In this document: positions 13,495-28,032 of the stretch, in pieces
Layout of the letters: the number at the start of each line of letters is the position of its first letter
How positions within the stretch are numbered: the stretch's first letter is position 1
Source of the DNA: Eledone cirrhosa
Lineage: Eukaryota
NCBI GenBank assembly: GCA_964016885.1
Contig: OZ024742.1
Location: 351,788,001-351,852,000, forward strand
Direction: 5' to 3'
Length of the DNA: 64,000 nucleotides
Position numbers and translations under genes: made by a program
Notes under the pieces: generated by a model
What the model saw: only the letters and a program-made list of their open reading frames with translations
Database searches by the model: none
What the model was told of the DNA's origin: nothing

Positions 13495-13645
13495 ATGGTT
13501 TCTGATTTTGGCCCAATTTTGATGGAGGGGAAAATCGATTAATTCATCGCAGTGGTACTGGTACTTTATGTTGTCGACGCCGTATGATGAAAGAAAAACT
13601 AACTTCGATGGGATTTGAATTCTACACGTGAAAGGCCGTAACTCT
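13495..13645 (-). mobile_element. Degenerate SINE
   Basis: gtactggtacttta...gatgaaag...gggatttgaa. Confidence 0.65.
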
Positions 13646-14329
13646 GTGATCCCGTTCCTTAATAATACCTGTGATAAAGTTGTTCCTGTTGGGAAATAAT
13701 AATACACTTTATCGTGATGTTGCACGGTGTTTGATATATTCCGTATATACATGTAAATTGTAATGCTGATTATTCGTGCTGATATGTGGTTTAAGGAACA
13801 CTGTAACTCCACACTTTAAATAAACAGGATGCCGTGCATCACCATCGATGAATGTGATTTCCTACGTTAATAGTAAGTGTGTTCGAAAGACAATATTGGA
13901 ATTAGTTTGATTGAACATATCTACGTAACTTAGTGGATCTACGTGTGTGCACCTCCGATAGAAATATTACAACAATGTTGTCTAAACTGTCAATGTTTGC
14001 GTTTACAAAAGTACACCGCTTTAATGTACACATATGTACAGATGCTATCTTCTGTAATTCTGTCTTGCTTCCAATATGTAAAAGGTGAACGTTTGGTAAT
14101 CTGTACATGCGGGGAGTAAAATGGATTGTTAATTAATTCCAAAGAAAATCAATAAAGATAGGTAGAATACAAATTGCGTGGTCGTAATAAACTCAATAAC
14201 ATACAAAACTGATGAAATTAATAAAGCTATTTATATAAATTTGTATCTCCCAATCGTAAACTTCCATTCAATATACACAAGGCTAAGCACACTCATAGAG
14301 TTATATGCATGTATATGGTATATATGTAC

Positions 14330-14501
<172 letters not shown>

Positions 14502-14564
14502 CGTGTGTAAGCGTGTGTCCGTACAGAGTGACGGAGGAAATTCACGCCCTCCCCTCCCACACAC

Positions 14565-14626
<62 letters not shown>

Positions 14627-15298
14627 TACGGCATAATTCGGGCTGTTTGTTTGTTTACAAACAAACAAACCGACCATTATAATAAATGTTCGGTAAACCG
14701 ATACGTGCATATATATATATGTGGGCATGTATGTATGTATATACATAATACTCTACGTCTGTATACATATATGAATGTACGTATACATACATACATTTAA
14801 GTAAGTGCCGTAATAAGAGTGAGAAATGAAATTTCGTTTCATTCTATTCCATTTATCGTGTTCGGTGTGCCCGGCCGACTGAACTCACTCGATATGCAAA
14901 TTAGGATGCTCAGCCGTTAATTTGCATAAGGACAGTATATACTTTCAGACATTCAACCATCTGGAAGGAATACGACGCTGGCGATAGCTAATAAGCTTGA
15001 ATCTAGTACATCGTTCCTGTTTCAGTGTTGAACAAAAAGGTCACGTGGTTGCCAAAACACTGTACGGCGTAATTCGAGCTGTTTGTTTGTTTATAAACAA
15101 ACAAACCGAGAATTATAATAAATATTCGGTAAACCGATACGTGCATATATATATATATGTGTGCATGTATGTATATATATATACATACTACTGTACGTAT
15201 GTATACATATATGTATGCACGTATACATACTTACATTTAAGTAAATTTAAGTAAGTGCCGTACTAAGAGTGATAAATGAATTTTCGTTTCATTCTATT

Positions 15299-15300
<2 letters not shown>
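14627..15300 (+). repeat. Direct repeat pair (~230 bp; 14627-14850 and 15063-15300)
   Basis: Both start tacggc.taattcg.gctgtttgtttgttta.aaacaaacaaaccg and end gtgccgta..aagagtga.aaatgaa.tttcgtttcattctattcc. Confidence 0.85.
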
Positions 15301-15350
<50 letters not shown>

Positions 15351-15354
<4 letters not shown>

Positions 15355-15901
15355 TTTCTGAATTTGTTTAGCAAGATTCTTTATCTGAAAACGCGTGTTG
15401 AAACCGTTTAGACAATGTTTAGTCAAATCACAGAGGCAATAAACATAAATGAACTCCAACCAAAATCAAACAGAAAACATGAATGGAACAGCAACATCAC
15501 AACTTACAGTTAAGGACAAAATGAAAACACATACACATAGAACAAACAACCAACCAGTAACATATAAATAAACAAATAAATAAACAAATATAAACATACA
15601 CAGACATCCGGATGTAACACATGCGCAAACTAAGCACACAACACACACAGAAACAAGATGGCGTAGGACAGAACAAAGGAGATGCACAAAAACATAGAAA
15701 AGAATCCCCAGTCACAGAAGAGGTCACAGAATGTGTGACGAAATAGCTTTGACAAAATATGAACAATCATCTGGTTGTGGAACCAACCAAGCACCCGGAA
15801 ATTTATAAATTCGTAAATTTATAAATTTAATTTATAATAAATTGAAGTGAAATCAACGGGTGCGTGTGCTTCTTATTGTCAACATGACCCTCCCAAAGTA
15901 T

Positions 15902-15907
<6 letters not shown>
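15351..15907 (+). mobile_element. pLTR-derived element, family B, with an inverted tail
   Basis: 15351-15406 is the reverse complement of the family B tail; the body ends gtataacaa|tata; HHR-like gtca-cagaaga-ggtcac..gtgac-GAAA-tagct at ~15711-15753. Confidence 0.8.
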
Positions 15908-15966
<59 letters not shown>

Positions 15967-16514
15967 TATATATAAATATATATATATATATATAAACGTT
16001 TGAATATGTGTAATAAGGCCAAAGCAATGCAGGTATGGACATAGAAAAAAGAATGCAATAGTGAAAGATATTGATGAGAATTCGTCTTTCACCTTGGATT
16101 TATTTAAATGTCCTTAATTTTCGAGATAATATATCTTCTTCGGAGGGAAGTAAAGGTCTCAAACCACCGTCTTTATATCTCTAGCCAAGCCATGCTGACC
16201 GGAAATAGTATAGAGTATCTGTTCTAACTCTAATATCAAAGAATTAAATATATATATAGTATAATACATGTAGTTACAGCGAAACATATTGTAAACAGTC
16301 AATAAATGTTTTGTGTAAACAATTTTGATTTTGAAAATCTTCTCAGACACATGACTATCGGTCTGTCTTCTATAAGACTTCACCCTGTCAGGAACCACAG
16401 GTATGATTTTCTGCGATCTGAGCTTAAACGTACCTCAAATCCCTCCGTAGCCAATAAGTAACTTACAAGATCACTACTTCTTTCTTACCGCACTAATTAA
16501 TTCATAATAAAAAT

Positions 16515-16845
16515 AACTGTTTCTACTTTTGGCACAAGGCCAGCCAATACCAAGTGCATTACTGGTAATACATTTTCTCAACCCCGTAAGGATGAAAGAC
16601 AAAGTTAACCTCGGTGGGATTTGAATCATAAATGGCCGTTAATCAATACTGCAAAGCATGGGCTCCGAGCCTCTACCGATACTGCCAATCCACTGCCCTT
16701 ATAATTAGTTCATAAAATAATAACAATAAGGATTTCATCTATAGACTCAAGGCCAGAATTTTGTAGGGAGGGGAAAGTCTATTAAATCGACCCCAGTCCA
16801 AGGATGAACGGTAAATCTGACCTCGACAGGATTTGAACTCATAGC
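16515..16845 (-). mobile_element. Two adjacent SINE copies (16515-16700 and 16730-16845)
   Basis: Reverse complement of the SINE core and tails. Confidence 0.8.
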
Positions 16846-17761
16846 ATCTCTTGACGTGACCTGACATATTTGCAAGACACTGATATATGAGAAAGCATGA
16901 ACTTTCGGACTATTGGGGAATATTTCCGCAAAGGCTTAATGCAAAAGAAAATCAACAGCTTAGACCAAAATGATATCGTTCGTGGAATTGTGTGAACCCT
17001 CTTGTATTGTATTTTTATTTTTTTTATTTTCTTAGGAATTACAATATGAAATACTTTCAAGTGAAAGTTGTGATACGATCTATTAAGAATCTTTTACATA
17101 GATGTTCCTAGAAAAGATTATATATTCTAGACTTAAGTATATATAAGTTCTCAAGTTATACACTAAAAGAGCAATGAGAAAAAGAATCATATCCGTTGCG
17201 CATGTGTGTCAGAAATAATAGCATTGTTACTTAACAGTTAAAGATTCGAATAGCTTTTTACGGATATCATAGTTCTTCTGGATATATGAATAGTAGCACC
17301 ATTATGAAATACGATAGTAATTTTGATACTCTGACAAGGGCCTATGAGAGCGGGATCCAGCTGTTAATTTATTCTGCGCCCCAGGAGATAAAGGGACGCT
17401 GCAGGAACCATGTATCATCCATTTTGAGAACAATAATTCCCTGTTTCAAGCGTCAAAGGGATCTTGTACTGCCTGGCAAAATGTCTTTGTACGACTGTCA
17501 TTCAGTAGAATGTTGCTCATTGTTTACATTTTTATTCCTTCTTTTCATAAACTGTAACTTCATTATACACCAATAACACTATAGTTTAAATTGCACGAAA
17601 TGTATATTTAGTTAAATCTTTCTTTATATTATGACTTAAATTTATAGGCGCAGTGAAGGTATAAAAAAAGACGTTTCTGAAAGACGTCCTATCAATATTG
17701 AATATACATTCACACACACACACATACACACACACATATATATATATATATTTTTATATAT

Positions 17762-17833
<72 letters not shown>

Positions 17834-17927
17834 TGGATCGGCAATTGATCGTCTTAATCAGCTCCTAAACATCACTGGAATTGTATAAGAATACAATATA
17901 AGTCTTGGTGGAAGCGACGGCATAAGG

Positions 17928-17968
17928 AATCTTGATAACCGTTAACAAACGAGAAACAGCTGTCGGTT
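17928..17968 (+). ncRNA. Degenerate hammerhead motif in a solo pLTR-like fragment (17832-18020)
   Basis: aatc ttgataa ccgtt-aaca-aacga GAAA cagctg TC ggtt; core diverged from CTGATGA. Confidence 0.5.
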
Positions 17969-18021
17969 GCTTCCCTTTGTATTTGCAGAGACCAAGTAAG
18001 TGACATAGACACTAACTTAAA

Positions 18022-18052
<31 letters not shown>

Positions 18053-18053
<1 letters not shown>

Positions 18054-18615
18054 AGAGAGTATTGAAGTTTGCTTGAAGCATTGTGGAACAACAAGTAAAC
18101 ATCTATAAGTCGTTTGGAAGCCTTGACAATGCAAATGGGTAAATCTCCGGGTAACAAGGTCCGGTGGTGGAGAGAGAGATGGAAGTGGGTGTACGTTGAG
18201 ATGCGTGGTGTGTATAAGATGTGTGAGATGTGTAGAATGGAGGGAAGAGTAAAAGGATAAAAAATAAAAATAACAACACAAGACAGAGTGTTACCTTGGG
18301 AGAGATTTAATAGTCCCTATATATTTCGGATTCACAGACAACCTTTTCCCCCACCCCGGAAAAAAACCCCAGTTGATGGATGTGAATCCGAAATATATAG
18401 GGACTATTAAATCTCTCCCAAGGTAACACTCTGTCTTGTGTTGTTATTTTTATTTTTTATCCTTTTACTCTTCCCTCCATTCTACACATCTCACACATCT
18501 TATACACACCACGCATCTCAACGTACACCCACTTCCATCTCTCTCTCCACCACCGGACCTTGTTACCCGGAGATTTACCCATTAGCATTGTCGAGGATTC
18601 CAAACGACTTATAGA

Positions 18616-18616
<1 letters not shown>
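18053..18616. mobile_element. Large fold-back pLTR-derived element
   Basis: Arms 18101-18336 and 18381-18616 (~235 bp) are almost perfectly inverted; tail at 18053-18100; truncated HHR tgatg-gatgtgaatcc-GAAA-tata-TA-gggact at 18374-18405. Confidence 0.88.
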
Positions 18617-18693
<77 letters not shown>

Positions 18694-19251
18694 TATATAT
18701 ACATATGTGAATGTATGTTTTGTATATTTGATAATATACTGTGTTTATTTCAGAACATTTTCAAGACCATTCGCTACGAGTTTGTATACATGTAAGTGTG
18801 TATATATATATACATATATATATATATATGTATATATATATTTGTGTGTGTGGGTGGGGGAGGGGGGTATGTCTATGTATTTTGAAGCAAAATGCAATTT
18901 CCTTTTAGCGTCAGAGTGTTATCATATAAACTCCGTGTTGATGTTCAAAAACCATAGTCAGGTATATAATATGTAGCAAAGAAAGAAATAAGACAGGGAT
19001 TAGAGGTTAATTTATCCATTGTTATTGAGGATAGACGAAAAAATGGCTAGGATAATACAAAGCTCCGTATCTAATATCGATTAGCTAAAACCTTCATATA
19101 TTGTGTCTTAGTATTCTATGATAAAGCACTCATATATCAAATGATTAATTAAACGTTGTATTGTTATCCATACATATTGATATGTAAGCATATATGCATA
19201 TACACATATGCATATGTATATATATATATATATGTACATATATATATATAT

Positions 19252-19404
<153 letters not shown>

Positions 19405-19525
19405 AGTGTGTGTGTGTGTGTGTGTGTGTGTTTCTGTACATATGCATATACAAACAAATATACTATATATATACATATATCAATATATATACATATATAT
19501 ATGTATATATATATATATATATATA

Positions 19526-21165
19526 CTCTGTAATGGGATACTTAGAACAACAAATCTACCAAGAAATAGAGAAAACATATAGCACTGACTTTAGAAAGTA
19601 CATTGAAAATTCTTGGAACAGATACCTTGACGACTGTTTCATCATCTGGACAGAATCTCTAGATACTGTGGATAAGTTCAATATCCTCCTGAATAACCTA
19701 CACCCTTCTCTCCAATTCACAAAAGAGATGAGTAGTATCAAATTACTATTCATAGATATAATGGTAATCAAAAACGACACCACCATTACCACGGATATAT
19801 ACTATAAACACACAGGCACCCATCCATATCTGAATTTTAAGTCGTGCCATCCACTTCATACATAGCACAACATCCCATACTGCCTAGCCAGAAGTATTTG
19901 TACCATTGTAGAAGATACGAATACCAGGAACAAACGCCTAACAGAACTGAGAGAATTTCTGCTCAAACAAATATACCCATCTCTACTTGTAGAAAATGGC
20001 ATACGGCGGGCTATAAAAATACCTATACAACAACTTAGGACAACCCAAGGAAGAAGAAACCAAGAACTGGTCATACCATTTATAATGCCACACAACCAAT
20101 GTCACCAGAGTACCTTCAACACTGCCAAAGCAGACCTACCGATCATTGCTCAAAGTAATGAATTAAAAGGTCTAATCACAGACCGAGCTTTGACTCTTAG
20201 TAAAAGAAAATCGAAAAAATTGAAGCAATTACTAACAAAGGCAAAGTGTGACCTTAACAACAAAGACCAACCATTCCCTGTATCTAAATGCAATGATAGT
20301 CGATGTGGCACATGTCAATCCATACACACTGGTCAATATATGAACACAAAAACTGGAAAAATATTCCCAAATGCAAATATGAACTGCAAAAGCAGAAATC
20401 TAATTTATTGCATTAAGTGCCCGAATTGCGAAGAACTATATGTCGGTCAAACAGAAAATGCACTATCGGAACGCGCATGGGTGCCCCAAAAGCAAATAAG
20501 AGACCCAAATGTCCGTCAGATACCCCTGAGTAACGATCTAGCATCAGAAAATATTAAAAATATTTCCATTCTACAAACTACACACCCCGAGTGAAATCAA
20601 GAGAAACATTAAAGAAAATAATTTTATTGATACATTCCAACCCAAGCTAAATGAACAATACTAATTCTTAGCGGTATTACTCCTACTATGACTACGCCTA
20701 CGACCATGTCGACTACCACCACTAACAACAACTACAACAATAATAATAATAGAAGTGATGTTGATGGTGATGATCACTGAAGATTTTTTATAAAAACCCA
20801 AGAAAATGCTATTTTCATCATTTCTAAAAATAGCAACTCAACCAACCGTGACGCCTAAACCAATCAGCTTTAGTAATCTATTGACACTACACACCGATTG
20901 GACGAAATACAGTTTGCCAAACTTAGCATTCTGTAGCCCTATTTTACTGTATATAGGCACAGAATTTACCCACCTCATTACAGTTGAAAATTTCATATTC
21001 AGCACTGAATATGAACCTGAAGAATGCGAAAGCATGAACATATTTGTTCAATTAACACATAACATTTAATATTCCACCATACTATTTCATTATAATATCA
21101 TTATAATTTTAAAGGATTGTAAATAAAACGAGTAAATCAGACAAAGTTGTAATTCATTTTATTAA
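19526..21165 (+). mobile_element. 5'-truncated Penelope-like element (Poseidon/Neptune-like)
   Basis: [11 protein letters not shown], thumb [13 protein letters not shown], linker C..SRCGTC, GIY-YIG NLIYCIKCPNCEELYVGQT, C-terminal QPKLN; stops and frameshifts; starts at (TA)n. Confidence 0.9.
21012..21050 (+). ncRNA. Degenerate hammerhead in pLTR
   Basis: tgaac CTGAAGA atgc-gaaa-gcat GAA catatt t gttca; stems I and II are perfect, the 3' core has deletions. Confidence 0.65.
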
Positions 21166-21212
21166 TATAATCCTCTATACACAATCACACACACAATATA
21201 AATATATATATT

Positions 21213-21277
<65 letters not shown>

Positions 21278-21285
21278 ACACACAC

Positions 21286-21410
<125 letters not shown>

Positions 21411-22889
21411 TACATACATATATATATATATATATGTAACATGAAAAATGAAAAGCTTATATAAATATACGAAACGTCAACTTCAAGTCAGACATTGTGA
21501 AGAGAACTACAAAAACAAAACATCCGTCAGAAAACTAAGAATTGGTGAATGAAATAGCAATAACCATTAAAACTGGTGATCAGCTAATGGACGTTTGAGC
21601 AGAATCTGATAAAAGTCGGCTATACTTTATCTTATTAAATGGACCGTTCTGTGGAGGAAACATGATTTCTGTTTGAAATAGACCACGGAAGATAGATCAT
21701 GCATACATGTTTGTATATAATCAACGGACAACAGAAACGTAATGCCATGTACTCTGAAGGTATATATATATATATACGTAGGTCCCGGGTTGAGTCGGGG
21801 ATAACCACAGTAAGTAAGGTACTCAATACATGGCAGAGTAAAATTTTAAGATTTCATCTGAATGAAACAGTACTAGTCCTGTAGAAGCTCCTTCTATAAA
21901 ATAAAAAAAAACATATATATATAAGTACGTATGAATGTATATATATATATATATGTGTGTATTTTATATACTCAATTGTACTATGTTATATGTTGATGTA
22001 TACTTATGTCTATGTACGGCTTATGTATCTATATGTGTGTGTTGACATACATATACATGTGTTACAGGTTTTTTTGTGATTATATGTCTGTCTGTATATA
22101 TGCATGAGTGACGCGTGTATACCAATTGAAGATGCACACACATATCTATTCATGTATAGCTAAGAATTATGGGTGTGAATGTACACGCTTACACATGCAG
22201 TTTTTGATTGCAGATATACATAATTTAACAGCCATACATGCAGAAAAGTTAATCCTATATATTTATATATATATACTAAATTTGTTTTATTAATAACACA
22301 AGGAGTGTATAGCAATAAATAAAAAATCGCTTATGCTTTGTATGTATACATTATGTGCGGGAGTAGATATAATGTGTATTTTCTGAGTGAGTGAGTATAT
22401 ATATGTATTGATGTACCTTTGCCTATGTATATGTGATATACGATAGATAATATCTCTAGCAATATATATATTATATAATGTTTAAATTCCAATTTTTAAT
22501 ATATTGATCTCAATTTTTAAACTAAATATATAATCATAATTAAACAATGTGTAATTTATCATATTATATATCTATATTCCATTCACGAATATTAATATTT
22601 CTAATTGTATTTATTCATTTCATCTCAATTGTTAACTCAACTTAATATGACATAACTTAAGGTTTTCGTTCTCTCCCCCCTCTCTCTATCTCTGCATATC
22701 TCTCTCTTGAGTTCTTTCTCTGTCTGATGTTTTGATATATCCCCGTTATTTTTCCACTGTTCTCTTTTCTTTTTACTTTCTTCTTTTTCTTTATCTATCT
22801 TTCCCTTTCTTTTCTTCACGTTCCCCTCTCTCTCTCTCCATCTTTTTACTTACTCTTAACATTATGACTTACTAAATTAAACAAACCAC

Positions 22890-23165
22890 TATCCGGATGG
22901 CCTCCAAAAGCAACGGTCACCTTTTTGAAAGTGTACGTCAATATCTATTTGTAAAACTGTTATATATTGTATTTTGTCTGATGAAGGCATACCGTGATTT
23001 AACTTGGTATCCTTGAAATATATATAATGAAATAAATATGGTTTTATAAATATAGTTTCCATTTATTAATATTGTATATCTACTCCAAATATTTGTCGAG
23101 TGCTTTATATCAGTTATAATAATATTTGCTTGTTGTATCCCAACAATTTAAATATAACTTTTGCA
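22890..23165 (+). mobile_element. pLTR-derived element, family A, with tail
   Basis: Homologous to 11342-11518 plus the tail; ends at (TA)n. Confidence 0.8.
22970..23034 (+). ncRNA. Hammerhead ribozyme (family A), core intact
   Basis: tattttgt CTGATGA aggcatacc-gtgatttaactt-ggtatcctt GAAA tatata TA atgaaata. Confidence 0.82.
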
Positions 23166-23389
23166 TATATATATATATATATTTATACATATGTATATAC
23201 ATATATATATGTCTATATATATATATATTTATGTATATATATATGTATATATATGTATAAATTATAATATATATTTAATTTACATATAAATAGTATACAT
23301 GTAATATATATATATATGTGTGTGTAAAGTTGTCGGATAGTTGTAGGTAAAGGCCTACCGAATTACATTCCTGTTTATTGTCTATGCGC

Positions 23390-23475
23390 ATCGTGAAACA
23401 TGTGTCCGAAAAATGAACTCACGATCTTTCGATTGCAAGCCCAATGCTATAACCACTAAGCCATGCGCCTTCACT
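23390..23475 (-). mobile_element. tRNA-derived SINE head, second family
   Basis: Reverse complement gtgaaggcgcatggcttagtggtta...cgtgagttca carries A and B boxes. Confidence 0.6.
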
Positions 23476-23683
23476 TGTGGTGTTATGTTCACTTATAGTT
23501 CTATTTCCCATATTCGCCATCACTTACCATACATTAGGTGCATTCTGTCGGGTCACAAATACCAACAGCTTGCCGTTTAGGGGGCCCAAGTAATTTCACC
23601 AGACGTTGTGTTCATATATAAACACATGCGAACATATATACACACAGGAAGACATACACACCCATACACAATCACACACCCAT

Positions 23684-23768
<85 letters not shown>

Positions 23769-23880
23769 GGGGGGGGGGTGTATGTGTGCACGTGTGTGTG
23801 TGTGTAAACAGTATATATATATAGAATACAGTTTATATAGAGAATTCACAAGAATCAAAGCTATGTTCAAAACATTTATT

Positions 23881-23930
23881 AACTTACAATTGTTTCATCC
23901 AAACCTAGGTTTGAAGTCTTCGGACCATTT
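23881..23930 (-). ncRNA. Degenerate hammerhead in pLTR
   Basis: Reverse complement CCGAAGA cttcaaac-ctag-gtttggat GAAA caattg TA, then AATAAA; stem I weak. Confidence 0.55.
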
Positions 23931-25454
23931 TTCAATGTTTGTACACATGATTGACCTCCTTTCTAACGCAAGAGACATACAAATACATATGTATATATTG
24001 ATGTACAGTGGAGTGACATATATTATATTATATTACTTCCGTACAGCAATTCAAATTCAAAGTCAAGATCAATATCGAAATTAAAACAAAATTAAAATAC
24101 ATTCGGCAGTTAACATAGATAATGCAAGGGGATAGGTTGTTAGATAATGCAAGAGGATAGTTATTGTATGCGTTAGTTATGTGTGTCTCATTTATATATG
24201 ATTATTGTATGGCAGGGTGTTACATGTAATTCAAGCACTTTACGTAGGTAAGTAAGAGTTTTATGGTGGTTGCAGTGGTAAGTTATTTTTTGTGTATGAT
24301 AAAAAAGTATGTGCGCAGAGAAATAGAAATAGAAAGGAGAAGCAAAAGAGGATTATGGTTTTCGTATCCACCACCATTTTCACATTCAGGAAATGTAATA
24401 TATAGTTGATACATCCATCACATAATTAACGATGATTCCGTATTGGATGTTTGATGCATTAATTTACATTATTTTAGCTTATTGCGGCTCAGTGTTCTTT
24501 AATCCAATTTTATAGGGTAGGTTGTTTCCGTTGCGAGAATTTACATCGGTTTATTATCCGGAAGTATGTGTGTAATTAAGGGAGGTTAATGCGTAAGGGG
24601 AGGTAACTAGCTGATTTCCATAACTAAATTATTGTTCTAACATACATTATAAGGTGTCTCAATTAAGTCCCTTCTATAGACGGTTATATATTTATATCCA
24701 GTTTCCAATTTTAAATACAGTCTACTCTATCATGATGTACTAAATGTATTTATATTACTATGATTACTCCCTATCATAGAGTGCTACAACTGGATATTCC
24801 ATACAAAGAGCCAGATATTTATATGAAAGTTCCTTCCAAATGTAGTCTACTCACAGAGCATGTCAGGGGACCTATTAGTACTATGTCTACATAACCCCTG
24901 GTAAGTTCTGGAGCAGCGTATGGCTGTCTGCATGGCAAATCCAAATCCATCTCTATGACAGACAAAAACATCCCGCATTTACAATGTCATTAATCTATCC
25001 ATCAAGTTGTACTTGCATATATAACTCACTTCCCATTCATACATAATTCATTGCACTCAACATATAGGTTATACATATCTCTTATGTTAATAAATTAATC
25101 TTATATATATCCAATGTTATCACTCCATACATAGAAATACATTTGCATAAATAAGTTATTGTCGAAACTGGTGTTTAAAGCTTACATAGACTGTATTGTA
25201 TAATTATAAGTGGTACCTCATGAACTACACCCCTAGTATAACCACCCTCAACTACTATATAATTATAAGCAGTTGAAAGTAATTACCCCAAAAGTAGGTG
25301 ATCATGGGGATATTTCTAGGGTATAAAGTTATAGACAGATGGAATGATTTGTGTTGATATAGGGTGGATCAGCGAGTGTGGAGTTGTGGTGTAGGTTGTG
25401 CCCTTGAGGTGTAGTGTTAGAAGTGGTGATGGGTTCAAGTCTGACATTGTTATA

Positions 25455-25605
25455 TCATGCTTTCCAGCAGAGTTACGTCCCTTTACGATCTGAGTTCAAA
25501 TCCCGCCGAGGTTGACTTTGCCTTTCATCCTTACGGGGTCGATAAAATAAAGTACCAGTAATGCACTGGGTAATTGCTGGCCTTGTGACTAAAGTAGAAA
25601 CAGTT
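25455..25605 (+). mobile_element. SINE inserted in the PLE 3' region
   Basis: catgctttccagc...gagttcaaatcccgccgaggttgactttgcctttcatcc...aaagtagaaac. Confidence 0.88.
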
Positions 25606-25609
25606 ATAT

Positions 25610-28032
25610 ATTGGGTTTAAAGTTTTGGAAGGAGTGTCGGATGAGGTGCTGGAACGACGCAAACACTTCCGATTTTTTATTAAGGAGGTTATGGGTCTCT
25701 AGTAGACAGAGGTTGCAGAATTTATTAGGTGGTTTGTACGATGCCGCCTTACCTATCACTTCCCATTTAAGTGTATAAGATCTATGTTTACTTTTTAGAT
25801 AGTGTATGTAGCTAGATAGTGAAGTGGAGTTGGCTAGACTGTGTTTTTTTAAAGAATTGAGGTGTGAATTGTATCTTGTTTTGAAGCAGTTCGAAGCAGA
25901 GCCTATATAGGTTTCAGAGGAGTTGCTAGTTATGACAGTGTATGAGTATATGATGTCCTTGATTAAGCAGTTTTTATCTAAAGGGCAGGTTCTATTAGAT
26001 CTACAGTTACAATTATTTTGGATGTTAACCTGCCTGTTATTATGTTGTGTAGAAGTCTGGTTGCTAGTTATTGCATTATGGCTATGAGGGTTGGCGGCCC
26101 AGCATGATTGCTTACACTAGTGCTATTACTATTATTACTATTGCTATCAAGGTTTGTAGATATTACGTTGTTTAGAAGGTTTACCTCCTGCCGCGTTTTA
26201 GTTTGTTGGACGTAAGTATTCATTTTTCTTTTATTGCTACTAGCTATGTGGTATGCTATGTTAGGCGTGTTAGAGTAGGAGATTTTAATTGTGTTTTTGT
26301 TTATAAGACTATGATACTTGTGGCCCGATGTGAAGTATTTACCCAGGAGTTAGAAGAAAGGCTTAGGTAGGTTGGTAGAGACGTTTAGATTGAAAGGTGG
26401 GTTGAACAATGTATTATTTCTTCTTCTATTCTTGTTTTTTATGTCTGGTGCGATGCTTCCGTTTATGGTATGTTGGCGACTTCTGTGGTGTGGGTTACGT
26501 TTGTTGCCACCCTTCCTACTAGTGTGTGTGTGGTTATTACTATTATTACTATTTTTCCTCATGGACATATTGTGCGATATAATGTTGTAACTATGTGTTT
26601 TTGTAGGTAGCAACTCTATCTCATTATTATGGCCTGATCTCGCTAATGCCTGATTATAATATTGTGAGTTTTTGCTAAATATGTTTGCGTCATAAGATAG
26701 ATTAGAGATTCTATTGGGTATTCCCTTAGAGATATAGTTTAATATTGATCTAGGGTGGCTAGACTTGGTATCTACTTAAATCAGTTTTTCGTTAGGTTTA
26801 TGGAAAGGTGTATATATTCTACAGTCTAGGTAGAGGGTGGCATCTAGGAAGTTAACGGTTTTAGTGTTTTTGTCTATGGTGATACTTAGGTTATAGTTTT
26901 TGAAAGTCTTGTGCAATAGTTTTCTAGTTCTTTCTATATTAAATGTTTTATAGTTTATAAGGAGAAGTGCATCATCGCGGTACAAACCAGCGTTGAGGTA
27001 TGCAAGGTCCTTATTGATTTCGTTTAGTAAATATAGGCCCACAAAATCAGTGACCTGCGCCGAGTCACTAGATCCCATGGTTATGTCGAAGTTGTTTTGC
27101 GTATCCTTGCGGGTCCATAACTGATCATCAAAAGTGATTACGGTTTTACGTGCCGCAAGTATGACATCAATCTTGGGTCTAGTCAGGTCACTATTGTTCA
27201 TGGCCATAACTAGTGCTTATTTAATAGGATAGGGGAAATAGAGGTGTAGTATGAATTGATATCAAATTGGATACATTTTTTATCTTTGTTTATCTTGTTA
27301 TCCTTGAAACATTCAATAACTTCACCTGTATTTCCCCATTGTTTAAGGTATATTTTGTGTTTAAAATGTGGGATGATTTTATCTAAAATATTCTTACTTA
27401 AAATGCCAATGTCAGACTTGGAAGGGCAGCTTAGTCTAATCGAGGGGTTGCTAATGAAATCCTCCTTCTGGTCCTTCAGAGAGAATATCTGGGGTGTATG
27501 TTTGTGTATGTCTCTGAAGTGCTAGGTTGGACACTATACTACGGCCTTCTATATTAATTTCTCCTAAGTTTTTTCATAGTAGTTTTCTTGTAGCTCTTAT
27601 GTAGTTCATTATATATAAACTTTCTATATGTATCATAATCTAAGCTGTATATGTTATTAGTCTTGTACGCATGCACACTCATTTCACTACTTGTTTTGAA
27701 TTCATTAATAGAGGAGTTAAGTTTGTTTAAGAAGGTGTTGTTTTTATTGCGATGTTTTTTGTATTTAATGTTCTCAACTAGTTTTATTAGGCCATTTTCA
27801 AAGGAGTTTAGTAGTGTGTTGTGAGGGGGTTTCTAAAAGTTTTAAAGCCGAAGGAGTCGAATGTATTAGCATGATCAACTTTGTTAAATTTTCTCTTATC
27901 ATAATGGAATGTCCTCCATCTTACTCTATTGATAAAGGAGTTGACACTGTTGATCAATAATTTCTCATATGTATTCTTGGATGGTATTGGTATGTTCTTG
28001 GTTGACATAGGGAGTTGGTCTTTGATCAGCAT
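25610..28032 (-). pseudogene. PLE RT + GIY-YIG ORF with many disruptions
   Basis: Fragments 27808-28032, 26776-27207 and 26350-26613 are collinear with the ORF at 4733-6900. Confidence 0.85.

Noticed and set aside
14930-14970. GAAA-gtatatac palindrome on the - strand as an HHR
   Set aside because: No CUGANGA upstream and no valid UH site
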